From NCBI RefSeq assembly GCF_036577625.1, contig NZ_JARBDC010000005.1, forward strand, positions 234,782-258,781: a stretch of 24,000 nucleotides of DNA. The letters are read 5' to 3'. Below the pieces are notes generated by a model. It ran no database searches and had not been told where the DNA came from. It worked only from the letters and a program-made list of their open reading frames with translations. Each line of letters opens with the position of its first letter. The first letter of the stretch is position 1. Positions 14,456-22,212 of this stretch are shown here, one piece after another. Source of the DNA: Paenibacillus sp. GYB003. Its GTDB lineage: Bacteria; Bacillota; Bacilli; Paenibacillales; NBRC-103111. The position numbers and the translations under genes were made by a program.

Positions 14456-17002
14456 ATGACGACGGACATCGAGCTGGAATTGGATTCGGACGAGGCCCTT
14501 ATCGAGCGCGCCCGCCAAGGGAACCGCGAGGCGTACAACGAGCTGCTGGCCCGTCATCGCGGTCGGGCGTTCGCATGGGCCAAGCAGATTACCTCCGACC
14601 ATCATTTGGCGGAAGATATCGTACAGGAAGCGCTCGTCCGCGCGTTCTTGAAGCTCGGGACGATGACGGATTTGACGAAGTTTCTGCCCTGGCTGCGGAC
14701 GATCGTGCGCAACCAGGCGATGATGAAGCTGAGGCGGGGCGGTCCGCACGGACGGGAGAAGCCGTTCCCGCCGCTTCGCGATTCGGCAACGTCCGCTTCC
14801 GAAGGCGCCGAGCCCGACTGGCGCGATCTGGACACGGTGCTGCGCCATTATGCGAAACGTGCGGGAACGGACAACGGGACCGACAGCGCCGCCTCCGGCG
14901 CGGAATCGCCTCTCGCGGAATGGCTGCCCGCCGTCGTCAAAGCGCTCGGGCCGAGGGAGCGCGACGTATTCGAGAAACATTTTTACGGGCAGCTGTCTCC
15001 GCAAGAAATCGCCGACCATTGGAATACGAACGTGAACACGATCCATAAGGCGTTGTCCCGCATTCGGCGCAAAGCCGAAGATACCCGCATCGAACTGGAT
15101 ATCCGCAGCCGCATCCGGTCCCATATCGATGCGCGCGGCGGCGGCAAACGAGTCGTTCTGGCAAAGCCGGGACTCGCCGACGAGCCCCCGGTTCACCCCG
15201 GAGCCGCCTTTCCGAACGCCCTCTATCATATTCTCCGTTCGTTGGGCAGGCCGGTAACGATGGCCGAAGCGACGGGCTACACAGGCTACGCCTTCGTGCT
15301 GAACGTCCGGCGCTCGACGATCGGCGCCGAAAGTCCGATGATCTGGGATTGGGATACGTTCCTTTCCAACGCCCTGCTCAATTTGGGCTTCCATTCGCGT
15401 TACGTCGATTACCAGCATTATAAAAATGCCGGTTCGAGCCCGCACAAAACCCGCAATCTTTTGTTTACGCTCGATATGATCCGGGATTCGATCGACCGGG
15501 GGATGCCCGCGCTGCTGAGCAGCGCGATTTCCTACGACCTTGCCGTCGTTTACGGCTACGACGACGAGAAGCAAACGCTCTACGTCGCCGACCCGCAATC
15601 GTGCGAGCAAATTTCGTACAGCAGCCTGTATTCGGGCTCTCCGAAAATCGATAAAGCGATATCCCGCGAGCTGTATGCGTTCGTCTTCGACGGGGAGCTG
15701 GACGACGATCGGCGGCTTCCGGAGCACAGACTCGTTCGGCTGCTGGAGCGGATCGTGCGTCACTCGGACGGAGACGACCCGACCTTCATGCCGTGCGCAG
15801 GCGGCTTGCGCGCCTATGACGAATGGATCGCCGCGTTCGAGAGCGGCACGATCGAACCGCTCGGGAACGCGTCGAACTTGAACCTGTACGGATGGTTTCG
15901 GGAACAGGCGGTATCGTTCTGGAAGGAACGGATCGGGGAATACGATGGCCGACGGCCGGAGTCGGCGGATCGGCATCGTTTGGCGAAGGACGGCTTGCTT
16001 GAGGTCAAACGGTGCTACGAGAGAGTGAGCGAGACGTTCGAAAAGCTGCGCGAGCTGTTCCCGTTCCCGCAAGGAGGGACGCCGCACGACCCGGATTGCA
16101 TGCGGCAAGCCGTACAGCTGCTTCGCAAGGCGAGAGAGGACGAGGCATCCGGCATCGCTCGCATTCGCGAACTGCTGCGGACGCTTCGGGAACGTTCCGG
16201 CGGAAGTGCGATCGCTCCCGTTCAACATATCGCGCTCAGTCCGTTTTATTCGTTCGGCGGCAATCGTCCGAAGCCTTCGAACGAACCTTCGAAAGCCGGG
16301 GCGCTCGAAGCCGTCGTCTGCATGTGCGCCAGCCTGAAGGAAAGCATGACGTTCTACGGCAAGCTGCTCGGCATCGAACCGGCGCCCGAAAGGCTGAGCG
16401 GACCGGTCGGCTTCCTCCCGCTTCGGGACGCCCGATTGCTCGTGCTGATGGATCGGCGACTCGACCTCAACCATGCGGATTGGCAGCCCGCCTTCTATAT
16501 CCGGGTCCCGGACGTGGACAAGGCGTACGACGATGCGAGGCGGCAAGGATGGAAAATCGTCAACTTTTTGGACAAAGGCGGTTTGTTCACGGACTTCTTC
16601 ATCGCCGCCGACCCGGACGGACATCAGCTGATCGTCGGCAGCCATTCGCTGTCGCACGCCTTTCCGTTCGCCGGCGCCGCCCCGGCTCGGCATCCGCTCG
16701 CATTCGACGCCGGACCGGCTGTGGTCGCGGCCAAAAATCCGATCGCCTCGGCGCGGGCGTACGCCGACCTGTTCGGCCCGGACGAGGCCGGTCGATGGTT
16801 CCGTTTCGCGGACAAGTACGGCCCCGACTCGTCCTTCAAGCTGCGGTTCGAGACGGCCGATGCCGATCAAGCCTACCGGCTGATCCGGAAATGCGACATG
16901 ACCGTTGCCCAGGCTGCGGAAGACGGCGCAGCCGGCATTCGCCGGTGGATTTTGCGGGACCCGGACGGGCGTCCGCTTGCCGTCGATGTCGTGCGGTCGT
17001 GA
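14456..17002 (+). CDS. ECF-type sigma-70 family factor fused to a roughly 600-aa C-terminal extension (unassigned central region + two VOC-like modules)
   Basis: ATG at 14456 with AAGGAGG at 14445-14451 (short 4 nt spacer; the TTG at 14363 is an alternative start). Region 2: DEALIERARQGNREAYNELLARHRGRAFAWAKQITSDHHLAEDIVQEALVRAF. Region 4 HTH: LGPRERDVFEKHFYGQLSPQEIADHWNTNVNTIHKALSRIRRKA. The extension ends in two VOC-like modules: about 16300-16640 (FYGKLLGIEP...FYIRVPDVDKAYDDARRQGWKIV...DPDGHQLIV) and about 16700-16999 (ARAYADLFG...FETADADQAYRLIRK...LRDPDGRPLAV). Confidence 0.85.
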   Translation: MTTDIELELDSDEALIERARQGNREAYNELLARHRGRAFAWAKQITSDHHLAEDIVQEALVRAFLKLGTMTDLTKFLPWLRTIVRNQAMMKLRRGGPHGREKPFPPLRDSATSASEGAEPDWRDLDTVLRHYAKRAGTDNGTDSAASGAESPLAEWLPAVVKALGPRERDVFEKHFYGQLSPQEIADHWNTNVNTIHKALSRIRRKAEDTRIELDIRSRIRSHIDARGGGKRVVLAKPGLADEPPVHPGAAFPNALYHILRSLGRPVTMAEATGYTGYAFVLNVRRSTIGAESPMIWDWDTFLSNALLNLGFHSRYVDYQHYKNAGSSPHKTRNLLFTLDMIRDSIDRGMPALLSSAISYDLAVVYGYDDEKQTLYVADPQSCEQISYSSLYSGSPKIDKAISRELYAFVFDGELDDDRRLPEHRLVRLLERIVRHSDGDDPTFMPCAGGLRAYDEWIAAFESGTIEPLGNASNLNLYGWFREQAVSFWKERIGEYDGRRPESADRHRLAKDGLLEVKRCYERVSETFEKLRELFPFPQGGTPHDPDCMRQAVQLLRKAREDEASGIARIRELLRTLRERSGGSAIAPVQHIALSPFYSFGGNRPKPSNEPSKAGALEAVVCMCASLKESMTFYGKLLGIEPAPERLSGPVGFLPLRDARLLVLMDRRLDLNHADWQPAFYIRVPDVDKAYDDARRQGWKIVNFLDKGGLFTDFFIAADPDGHQLIVGSHSLSHAFPFAGAAPARHPLAFDAGPAVVAAKNPIASARAYADLFGPDEAGRWFRFADKYGPDSSFKLRFETADADQAYRLIRKCDMTVAQAAEDGAAGIRRWILRDPDGRPLAVDVVRS

Positions 17003-17056
17003 TCTTGCATACCGGCTCTGCCGCGCGATGCCGTCGCTTCGGCAACAACGACCAAA

Positions 17057-17086
17057 GCCGTCCTTCATCCGAAGGGCGGTTTTTCC
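17057..17086 (+). terminator. Rho-independent terminator after the long sigma-fusion gene
   Basis: CCGTCCTTC (17058-17066) pairs with GAAGGGCGG (17071-17079): 9 bp with one G-U pair and loop ATCC. It is followed by TTTTTCCTT. Confidence 0.7.
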
Positions 17087-17269
17087 TTGATTCCATTATC
17101 CGGCATTGTCAAGCATTACTTTGCAATGCCGGGCATTACTTGCGAAAGAACCGCCTCCGTTTTCGATCATGCGGGGAATGACGCGCTTTTGGCCGAGAAA
17201 CGAGCCGGACAAGCCGATCGACATCGCTTTCCCCCTGTTTCGGCATCTATCCTATTTTTTTGAGCCGTC

Positions 17270-17296
17270 TGTCACAGCTTCGCCTCCTTCCTCGTC
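17270..17296 (+). promoter_or_regulatory. ECF41-type promoter (TGTCACA-N16-CGTC)
   Basis: TGTCACA at 17270-17276, exactly 16 nt of spacer (17277-17292), CGTC at 17293-17296. This lies 38 nt upstream of the oxidoreductase ATG (17334) and matches the published ECF41 target-promoter consensus. Confidence 0.7.
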
Positions 17297-17333
17297 TTGT
17301 GTAACGAAAACGAAAAGACGGAGGATGATCCTT

Positions 17334-18644
17334 ATGAATCGTTACGATGCAGCCGTAATCGGCGGAGGCTTGTCGGGTCTTATTGCGGCGGTCCTGCTGG
17401 CCCGGGCGAACAAATCGGTCGTCGTGCTGGAGAAGTCCGAGCGTATCGGCGGAAGGGCGATGACGATCGACAAAAAAGGCGCCCTCTTCAACCTCGGCGG
17501 CCATGCGCTGTATCGCGGCGGAGAAGCGCATTCGATTTTGCAGGAGCTTGGCGTGCGTCTCAAAGGCGGCAAGCCGCTCGCCGACGGGTTCGCGTTATGG
17601 CAAAACCGGCTGCTGCCGCTGCCGGGGGATCCGGTTCGGCTGCTCGCTTCGCGGCTTTTGACATGGTCCGGCAAAATCGAGCTGGGGCGCGCCATGCTCC
17701 GCATCGGCAAAATCCGCACGGCCGACCTGCCCGACATCAGCTTGCGCGAATGGGCCGAGCGGGAAATCCGCGACCCGATGGTGCGTCATCTGCTGTATGC
17801 ATTGTGCCGGACGGCCACTTATAATAAAGACATCGATATTCAGCCGATCGGACCGGTCATGCGGCAAATCCAGCGATCGCTGAAGGAAGGGGTTCTCTAT
17901 TTGAACGGAGGCTGGCAGACGATCGTCGATCAGCTGCGGGAGATGGCCGTCCGCGCCGGAGCGACCGTCATGACCGGCAAAAGCGTCGCCGAGATTCGGC
18001 ACGACGGAGCGGTTCGGGGCATCCGTTGCGCGGACGGCGCCGCCATTGAAGTCGATGGCGTCATCAGCACGCTGTCCCCGGCCGACACGTACCGGCTGGT
18101 CCGCGACGCGGAGCGAACCGCTTTGCGCCGCTGGAAAGAAGCGGCCAGGCCGGTCAAGGCGGCGTGTCTCGACCTTTGTCTGCGCAAGCTTCCGGTGCCG
18201 GATCGCCATTTCGCGATCGGCATCGATCAGCCCGTTTTTTTCACCCATCATTCCCGGGTCGCCCGGTTGAGCCGGGACGCGACGCTCGTGATGCATCTGA
18301 TCAAGTATAACGACGGCGCGGAAAGCGATCCGAAAGCGGACGAGACAATGCTCGAATCGACGATGGATCTGCTGCACCCCGGCTGGCGGAACGAAGTGGC
18401 GGCGAAGCAATATTTGCCGAACATGACCGTCGTTCACGACGTCGTCCGCGTCGGCCGAAAAGACGCGCCCGGTCCCGCCGTACCGGAAATCGGCGGATTG
18501 TACGTCGCCGGCGACTGGGTCACCCGGGGGGAAATGCTCGCCGACGCCGCCGCGGCAAGCGCCGAGCGCGCCGTGCGGGAGCTGCTGCAATCCTCGCCCG
18601 CCGTCCGGACGGACGCCGTGCGGCCGTTGACCAAATGGGGCTGA
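17334..18644 (+). CDS. NAD(P)/FAD-dependent oxidoreductase (phytoene desaturase/amine oxidase-like)
   Basis: Start moved to ATG at 17334 (MNRYDAAVIGGGLSGLIAAVLLARANKSVVVLEKSERIGGRA, i.e. a GxGxxG dinucleotide fold plus the GGR motif). GGAGG (17320-17324) lies 9 nt upstream; the ATG at 17325 abuts the Shine-Dalgarno. C-terminal GLYVAGDW is typical of this flavoprotein family. Confidence 0.9.
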   Translation: MNRYDAAVIGGGLSGLIAAVLLARANKSVVVLEKSERIGGRAMTIDKKGALFNLGGHALYRGGEAHSILQELGVRLKGGKPLADGFALWQNRLLPLPGDPVRLLASRLLTWSGKIELGRAMLRIGKIRTADLPDISLREWAEREIRDPMVRHLLYALCRTATYNKDIDIQPIGPVMRQIQRSLKEGVLYLNGGWQTIVDQLREMAVRAGATVMTGKSVAEIRHDGAVRGIRCADGAAIEVDGVISTLSPADTYRLVRDAERTALRRWKEAARPVKAACLDLCLRKLPVPDRHFAIGIDQPVFFTHHSRVARLSRDATLVMHLIKYNDGAESDPKADETMLESTMDLLHPGWRNEVAAKQYLPNMTVVHDVVRVGRKDAPGPAVPEIGGLYVAGDWVTRGEMLADAAAASAERAVRELLQSSPAVRTDAVRPLTKWG

Positions 18645-18674
18645 CCTGACCGGCCCGCCGAAAGGATGATCGCT

Positions 18675-19598
18675 ATGGACCATACCGTTCCTATCGAGGA
18701 CTGGTACGCCGCCTACAAGCCGCTTTTATTTTCGCTCGCTTACCGGATGCTGGGCAGCGTCATGGACGCGGAAGATATCGTGCAGGAAGCGTTTCTGTCG
18801 CTGGGTGCCGCAGCCGACCCTGCGCCCATTCGGAACGGCAAAGCGTATTTGTGCAAAATCGTCACGAACCGCTGCATCGATCGTCTCCGTTCCGGTCAGG
18901 CGAAGCGGGAAGTGTACGTGGGGCCGTGGCTGCCGGAGCCGATCGTGACGCCGGAGACCGACGCGCAGGCGGACCCGCTTCAAGCGTATGTGCGCAGCGA
19001 GTCGGTGTCGACGGCTTACCTGCTTCTGCTGCAGCAGCTGTCGTGGGTCGAGCGGGCCGTCTTTTTGCTGAGGGAAGTGCTGCAGTACGATTACGACGAA
19101 ATCGCCGGCATCGTCGGCAAAAGCGCAACGAACTGCCGGCAAATTTTTCACCGGGCGAAGCGCGGCATCAGCCTCCGCCCGCCGCACGACGAAGAAGCCG
19201 CCCCCGTGCCGGGGGCGGCGTCGTCCCGCCCGGCCGATCCCGAACGAACGGGCGAGCTGGTCCGGCAATTCGTTCAGGCGCTCGCAAGCGGGGATATCGC
19301 CAGGCTGCTCGGCATCTTGTCCGAAGACGCCGTGCTTTACTCGGACGGCGGCGGCAAAGTGCATGCGGCGACTCGCCCGATCGTCGGAGCGGACCGCGTG
19401 ATCCGATTTCTTACGGGCTTGCTCGAAAAAGCGTCCCCCGCCTTCTCGTTCCGGTTCGCCCGAGTCGGGAGCGACGCCGGCATCGTCACGTACGAAAACG
19501 GCGTTCCGCAATCGGTGTTTTCGTTCCATGCCGAGAACGGACGAATCGCGGCGGTGTATATCGTCGTCAATCCGGATAAGCTCGCTTATGTCCGCTAG
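18675..19598 (+). CDS. ECF41-group sigma factor (SigJ-like) with fused SnoaL-like C-terminal domain
   Basis: Region 2 DAEDIVQEAFL and region 4 LSWVERAVFLLREVLQYDYDEIAGIVGKSATNCRQIFHRAKR. It also carries the three ECF41 signature motifs: WLPEP (GPWLPEPIV), DGGGK (YSDGGGKVHAA) and NPDKL (VVNPDKLAYV). Start is ATG at 18675 (AAAGGA 8 nt upstream) or ATG at 18666. It begins 22-31 nt after the oxidoreductase stop with no terminator between. Confidence 0.9.
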   Translation: MDHTVPIEDWYAAYKPLLFSLAYRMLGSVMDAEDIVQEAFLSLGAAADPAPIRNGKAYLCKIVTNRCIDRLRSGQAKREVYVGPWLPEPIVTPETDAQADPLQAYVRSESVSTAYLLLLQQLSWVERAVFLLREVLQYDYDEIAGIVGKSATNCRQIFHRAKRGISLRPPHDEEAAPVPGAASSRPADPERTGELVRQFVQALASGDIARLLGILSEDAVLYSDGGGKVHAATRPIVGADRVIRFLTGLLEKASPAFSFRFARVGSDAGIVTYENGVPQSVFSFHAENGRIAAVYIVVNPDKLAYVR

Positions 19599-19628
19599 AA
19601 GCCGGGCACGCGCCGCCGGGCATCGTTT

Positions 19629-20339
19629 CTAGCAGATGCACGTCTTCCGCTTGACGCCGACCTTCCCCCGCTCCTCAGCCTTGCGGATATATTCGGACGC
19701 CCGCGGCACCTTGCACGCCGTTTGCCCGACGTCGACCTTGACGCTGCCGATGGCGTCCGCGCAAGCTTTGGCTTTCTCGTGCAGCGGGGCCGCATAGACG
19801 CCGACCGCGATGACGAATCCGTTCATCGCATAGCGGACCCGGTTCCGTTCTTCGTGAACGGTCGCTTCGATCTGACCCAGCAGCCGCTCGATACGCCGCA
19901 GATCGAGCCGGCCGTCGGGAGTAATCGATATATAGTTCGCGTACGTGCTCCAGCCGCAGACAGCCGTCATCTCGTCGGGAGACCGGATCCAGTCTTCCGC
20001 GAGCTCGAGGGCGTGCGGGCTTTCGGCCGCCACCCAGGCGACGGCGTACTCGGCGAGCATATACCAGTTCGCCGCACGCACCCAGCGCTGCAGCATGTCT
20101 TTGTCCGCCGTCCTCGGATCGACCGTGAGTCCGGCCAAGTACATCGCGTCGCTGTTCCCGGTATCGTACAAAGCGCGTGCGACTTGCTGGTTTGCTTTCA
20201 CCTCTTTGACGAGCTTCTTCAGGTCTCCGACCTTGACTCCGAATAACGGCTCCTTGGCCCCGTGCCGCAAAAACGTGCTTTTCGTTTGCTCCGATCCCAT
20301 CGCTTCGAGCTTGTCCATCACTTCGCGCAGCGTCGTCAT
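19629..20339 (-). CDS. DNA alkylation repair protein (AlkD/YhaZ-like HEAT-repeat family)
   Basis: Start moved to ATG at 20339 (MTTLREVMDKLEAMGSEQTKSTFLRHGAKEPLFGVKVGDLKKLVKEV) with AAGGAGGA 8 nt upstream. The pattern FGVxxGDLRKLAK...ALxLxxTGxxEA is typical of the DNA_alkylation family. Confidence 0.82.
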   Translation of the reverse strand: MTTLREVMDKLEAMGSEQTKSTFLRHGAKEPLFGVKVGDLKKLVKEVKANQQVARALYDTGNSDAMYLAGLTVDPRTADKDMLQRWVRAANWYMLAEYAVAWVAAESPHALELAEDWIRSPDEMTAVCGWSTYANYISITPDGRLDLRRIERLLGQIEATVHEERNRVRYAMNGFVIAVGVYAAPLHEKAKACADAIGSVKVDVGQTACKVPRASEYIRKAEERGKVGVKRKTCIC

Positions 20340-20463
20340 CGCATATGTCCTCCTTGAACCGCCATACGTGAAAAAGGTTATAATCATCGTAAACGAAAAA
20401 ACGGGAAGAAGCGGGCGGCCGAACCTGTTCCCGGCGCTCGCTCTCCCGAATCGGGGGATTTCC

Positions 20464-21003
20464 ATGATTTTGCACAAAGGCGAGACGTTGTTCCGCCAAG
20501 GAGAAACGGGGCCGCTCTACCGGTTAAACAGCGGCCTGCTCAAAATCGTCCGGGTCCACGAGGACGGCCGGCAATTCGTAGTCAACCTCATCGTGCCGGG
20601 CGAAACGATTCCGCACCATTCGCTCATCAGCCCGAACCCGTATTTCGGAACGGCCGAAGCGCTCGTCACTTGCGAGGTCGACGTCCTGCCGGCGAACGAA
20701 TGGTACCGGGAAGCGGAGAGCAGCCCGGACAAAATGCGCGCCATCGCCCTGCAGCTGCAGGAAAAGCTGCGCATGATGCAGCAGCGGATCGATCAGCTGA
20801 CCGAGGTCGCGCCCGCCGAAAAGCTGCGCAAGCTGGACGCCTGGTTCGGCGCCTATATCGCGCCGGTCTCGATGACGGAGCTGCTCACGCAGGACGAAAT
20901 CGGCCAATTGATCGGCGTTCGCCGCGAGACGGTCAACCGGCTGCTGCGGGCCGGAATCGCCGCTCAGTCGTCCAGCCGGCCCGAGGGTCCGAAAAATTCG
21001 TAA
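20464..21003 (+). CDS. Crp/Fnr family transcriptional regulator (short, 179 aa)
   Basis: ATG at 20464 with GGGGGA 5 nt upstream. cNMP-binding-type beta-roll LFRQGETGPLYRLNSGLLKIVRVHEDGRQFVVNLIVPGETI, a dimerisation helix, and HTH LTQDEIGQLIGVRRETVNRLL. Only the last 179 codons of the 352-aa track ORF are used. Both termini are shorter than in typical family members. Confidence 0.72.
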   Translation: MILHKGETLFRQGETGPLYRLNSGLLKIVRVHEDGRQFVVNLIVPGETIPHHSLISPNPYFGTAEALVTCEVDVLPANEWYREAESSPDKMRAIALQLQEKLRMMQQRIDQLTEVAPAEKLRKLDAWFGAYIAPVSMTELLTQDEIGQLIGVRRETVNRLLRAGIAAQSSSRPEGPKNS

Positions 21004-22187
21004 TGAATGTCGGCCGGAGCGACGCCCCATTCCAGCAAAGCGCGGTTGATCGCTTTCATGAACGGGATCGGTCCGCAAAAATAAAAGCCGGCGTCCTTCG
21101 TCGGCACGATCCGCCGAAGCCAATTCAAATCGATATAGCCTTCCTGATGAAACGCGCCGGCAGCCCGGTCCCGTTCCGTCGGCTTCTCGTAGCACCAGTA
21201 GGCGCGTATGGCGGAGCGGCCCGAAGCAAGCTCCTCGACTTCTTTCCGGAGCGCGTGAACGTCCCCGTTGCGGGCCGCATGGATGAACGCAACCGGTCGG
21301 TTCGGATCGTTCCTCTCCGCCAAAGCGTGCAGCATGGCGGCCAACGGCGTTACTCCGACTCCGCCGCTGATGAGAACGACCGGACGACGGTCGCCTTCGT
21401 CCAACGTAAAGCTGCCCGCCGGGGCCGACAGCGGCAATACGTCCCCTTCCCCGACGGTTTCGTGCAAATAAACGGAAACTTTGCCGGCCGGCCGATCCGC
21501 GGCGGCGTCCTCCCGTTTGACCGAAATCCGGTAATACGGCTTGCCCGGGGCGCCCGATAAGCTGTATTGGCGAATGTGGACGTTCGGCTCGCCCGGGATT
21601 TCGGCCTTCACGCTGACGTATTGGCCCGGGGCGTAGGAGGCTATCGGCTTGCCGTCGGCCGGAACGAGATAAAACGATGCGATCTCTTCGCTCTCCCGCA
21701 CCTTCCGCTCTACGCGGAACGCGCGGAAGCCGGCCCAGCCGCCTTCCTGCTTTTCCGCTTGCTCGTACATGTCCGCCTCTACGCCAATAAACGCATCCGC
21801 AATGACGCCGTACGCTTCCCCCCACGCCCGGATGACGTCTTCCGTCGCCGCATCGCCGAGAACGTCCTGAATGGCGGCGAGCAAGTTGCGTCCGACGATC
21901 GGGTATTGCTCCGCTTTAATGCCGAGGCTGCGGTGCTTGTGGCCGATCTGCCTCACGACCGGAAGAATCGCTTCCAGGTTGTCGATATGCTGCGCGGCGG
22001 CATATACGGCTCCCGCCAGAGCGGCCTGCTGTCTGCCTTGCTTCTGGTTCGCATGGTTGAACACGTTCAGCAGCTCCGGATGATTGTCGAACAGCAGCTC
22101 GTAAAACCGTTTCGTAATCGCCGTTCCGTGCTTTTCCAGAACGGGTACCGTCGATTTAATGATTTCGATCGTCGCAGGGGCAAGCAT
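20964..22187 (-). CDS. hmp: Flavohemoglobin / nitric oxide dioxygenase
   Basis: Start moved to ATG at 22187 (MLAPATIEIIKSTVPVLEKHGTAITKRFYELLF) with GAGGAG 6 nt upstream. N-terminal globin domain (QQAALAGAVYAAA...HRSLGI), then an FNR-like FAD domain (RQYSLS) and an NAD domain (LISGGVGVTPLAAML). Confidence 0.95.
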   Translation of the reverse strand: MLAPATIEIIKSTVPVLEKHGTAITKRFYELLFDNHPELLNVFNHANQKQGRQQAALAGAVYAAAQHIDNLEAILPVVRQIGHKHRSLGIKAEQYPIVGRNLLAAIQDVLGDAATEDVIRAWGEAYGVIADAFIGVEADMYEQAEKQEGGWAGFRAFRVERKVRESEEIASFYLVPADGKPIASYAPGQYVSVKAEIPGEPNVHIRQYSLSGAPGKPYYRISVKREDAAADRPAGKVSVYLHETVGEGDVLPLSAPAGSFTLDEGDRRPVVLISGGVGVTPLAAMLHALAERNDPNRPVAFIHAARNGDVHALRKEVEELASGRSAIRAYWCYEKPTERDRAAGAFHQEGYIDLNWLRRIVPTKDAGFYFCGPIPFMKAINRALLEWGVAPADIHYEFFGPSGRLDD

Positions 22188-22212
22188 CGCAATCTCCTCG
22201 CTTTGTCTTGGT

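Noticed and set aside
13370-17068. 1232-aa uninterrupted reverse-strand ORF
   Set aside because: Only its last 300 codons (13370-14272) look like a real protein (VOC + GyrI-like, own RBS and ATG). The upstream roughly 930 codons are Arg/Gly/Pro/Ala-rich and lie antisense to the well-supported sigma-fusion gene. This is a typical stop-free shadow frame in high-GC DNA.
17595-18683. 362-aa reverse ORF, and likewise 20524-21825 (433 aa), 22067-23887 (606 aa), 5696-6409, 8151-8876, 11125-12219, 18726-19529 and 19675-20499
   Set aside because: All are antisense or out-of-frame shadows of confidently assigned genes. They have extreme Arg/Gly/Ala/Pro content and no recognisable domains or translation signals.
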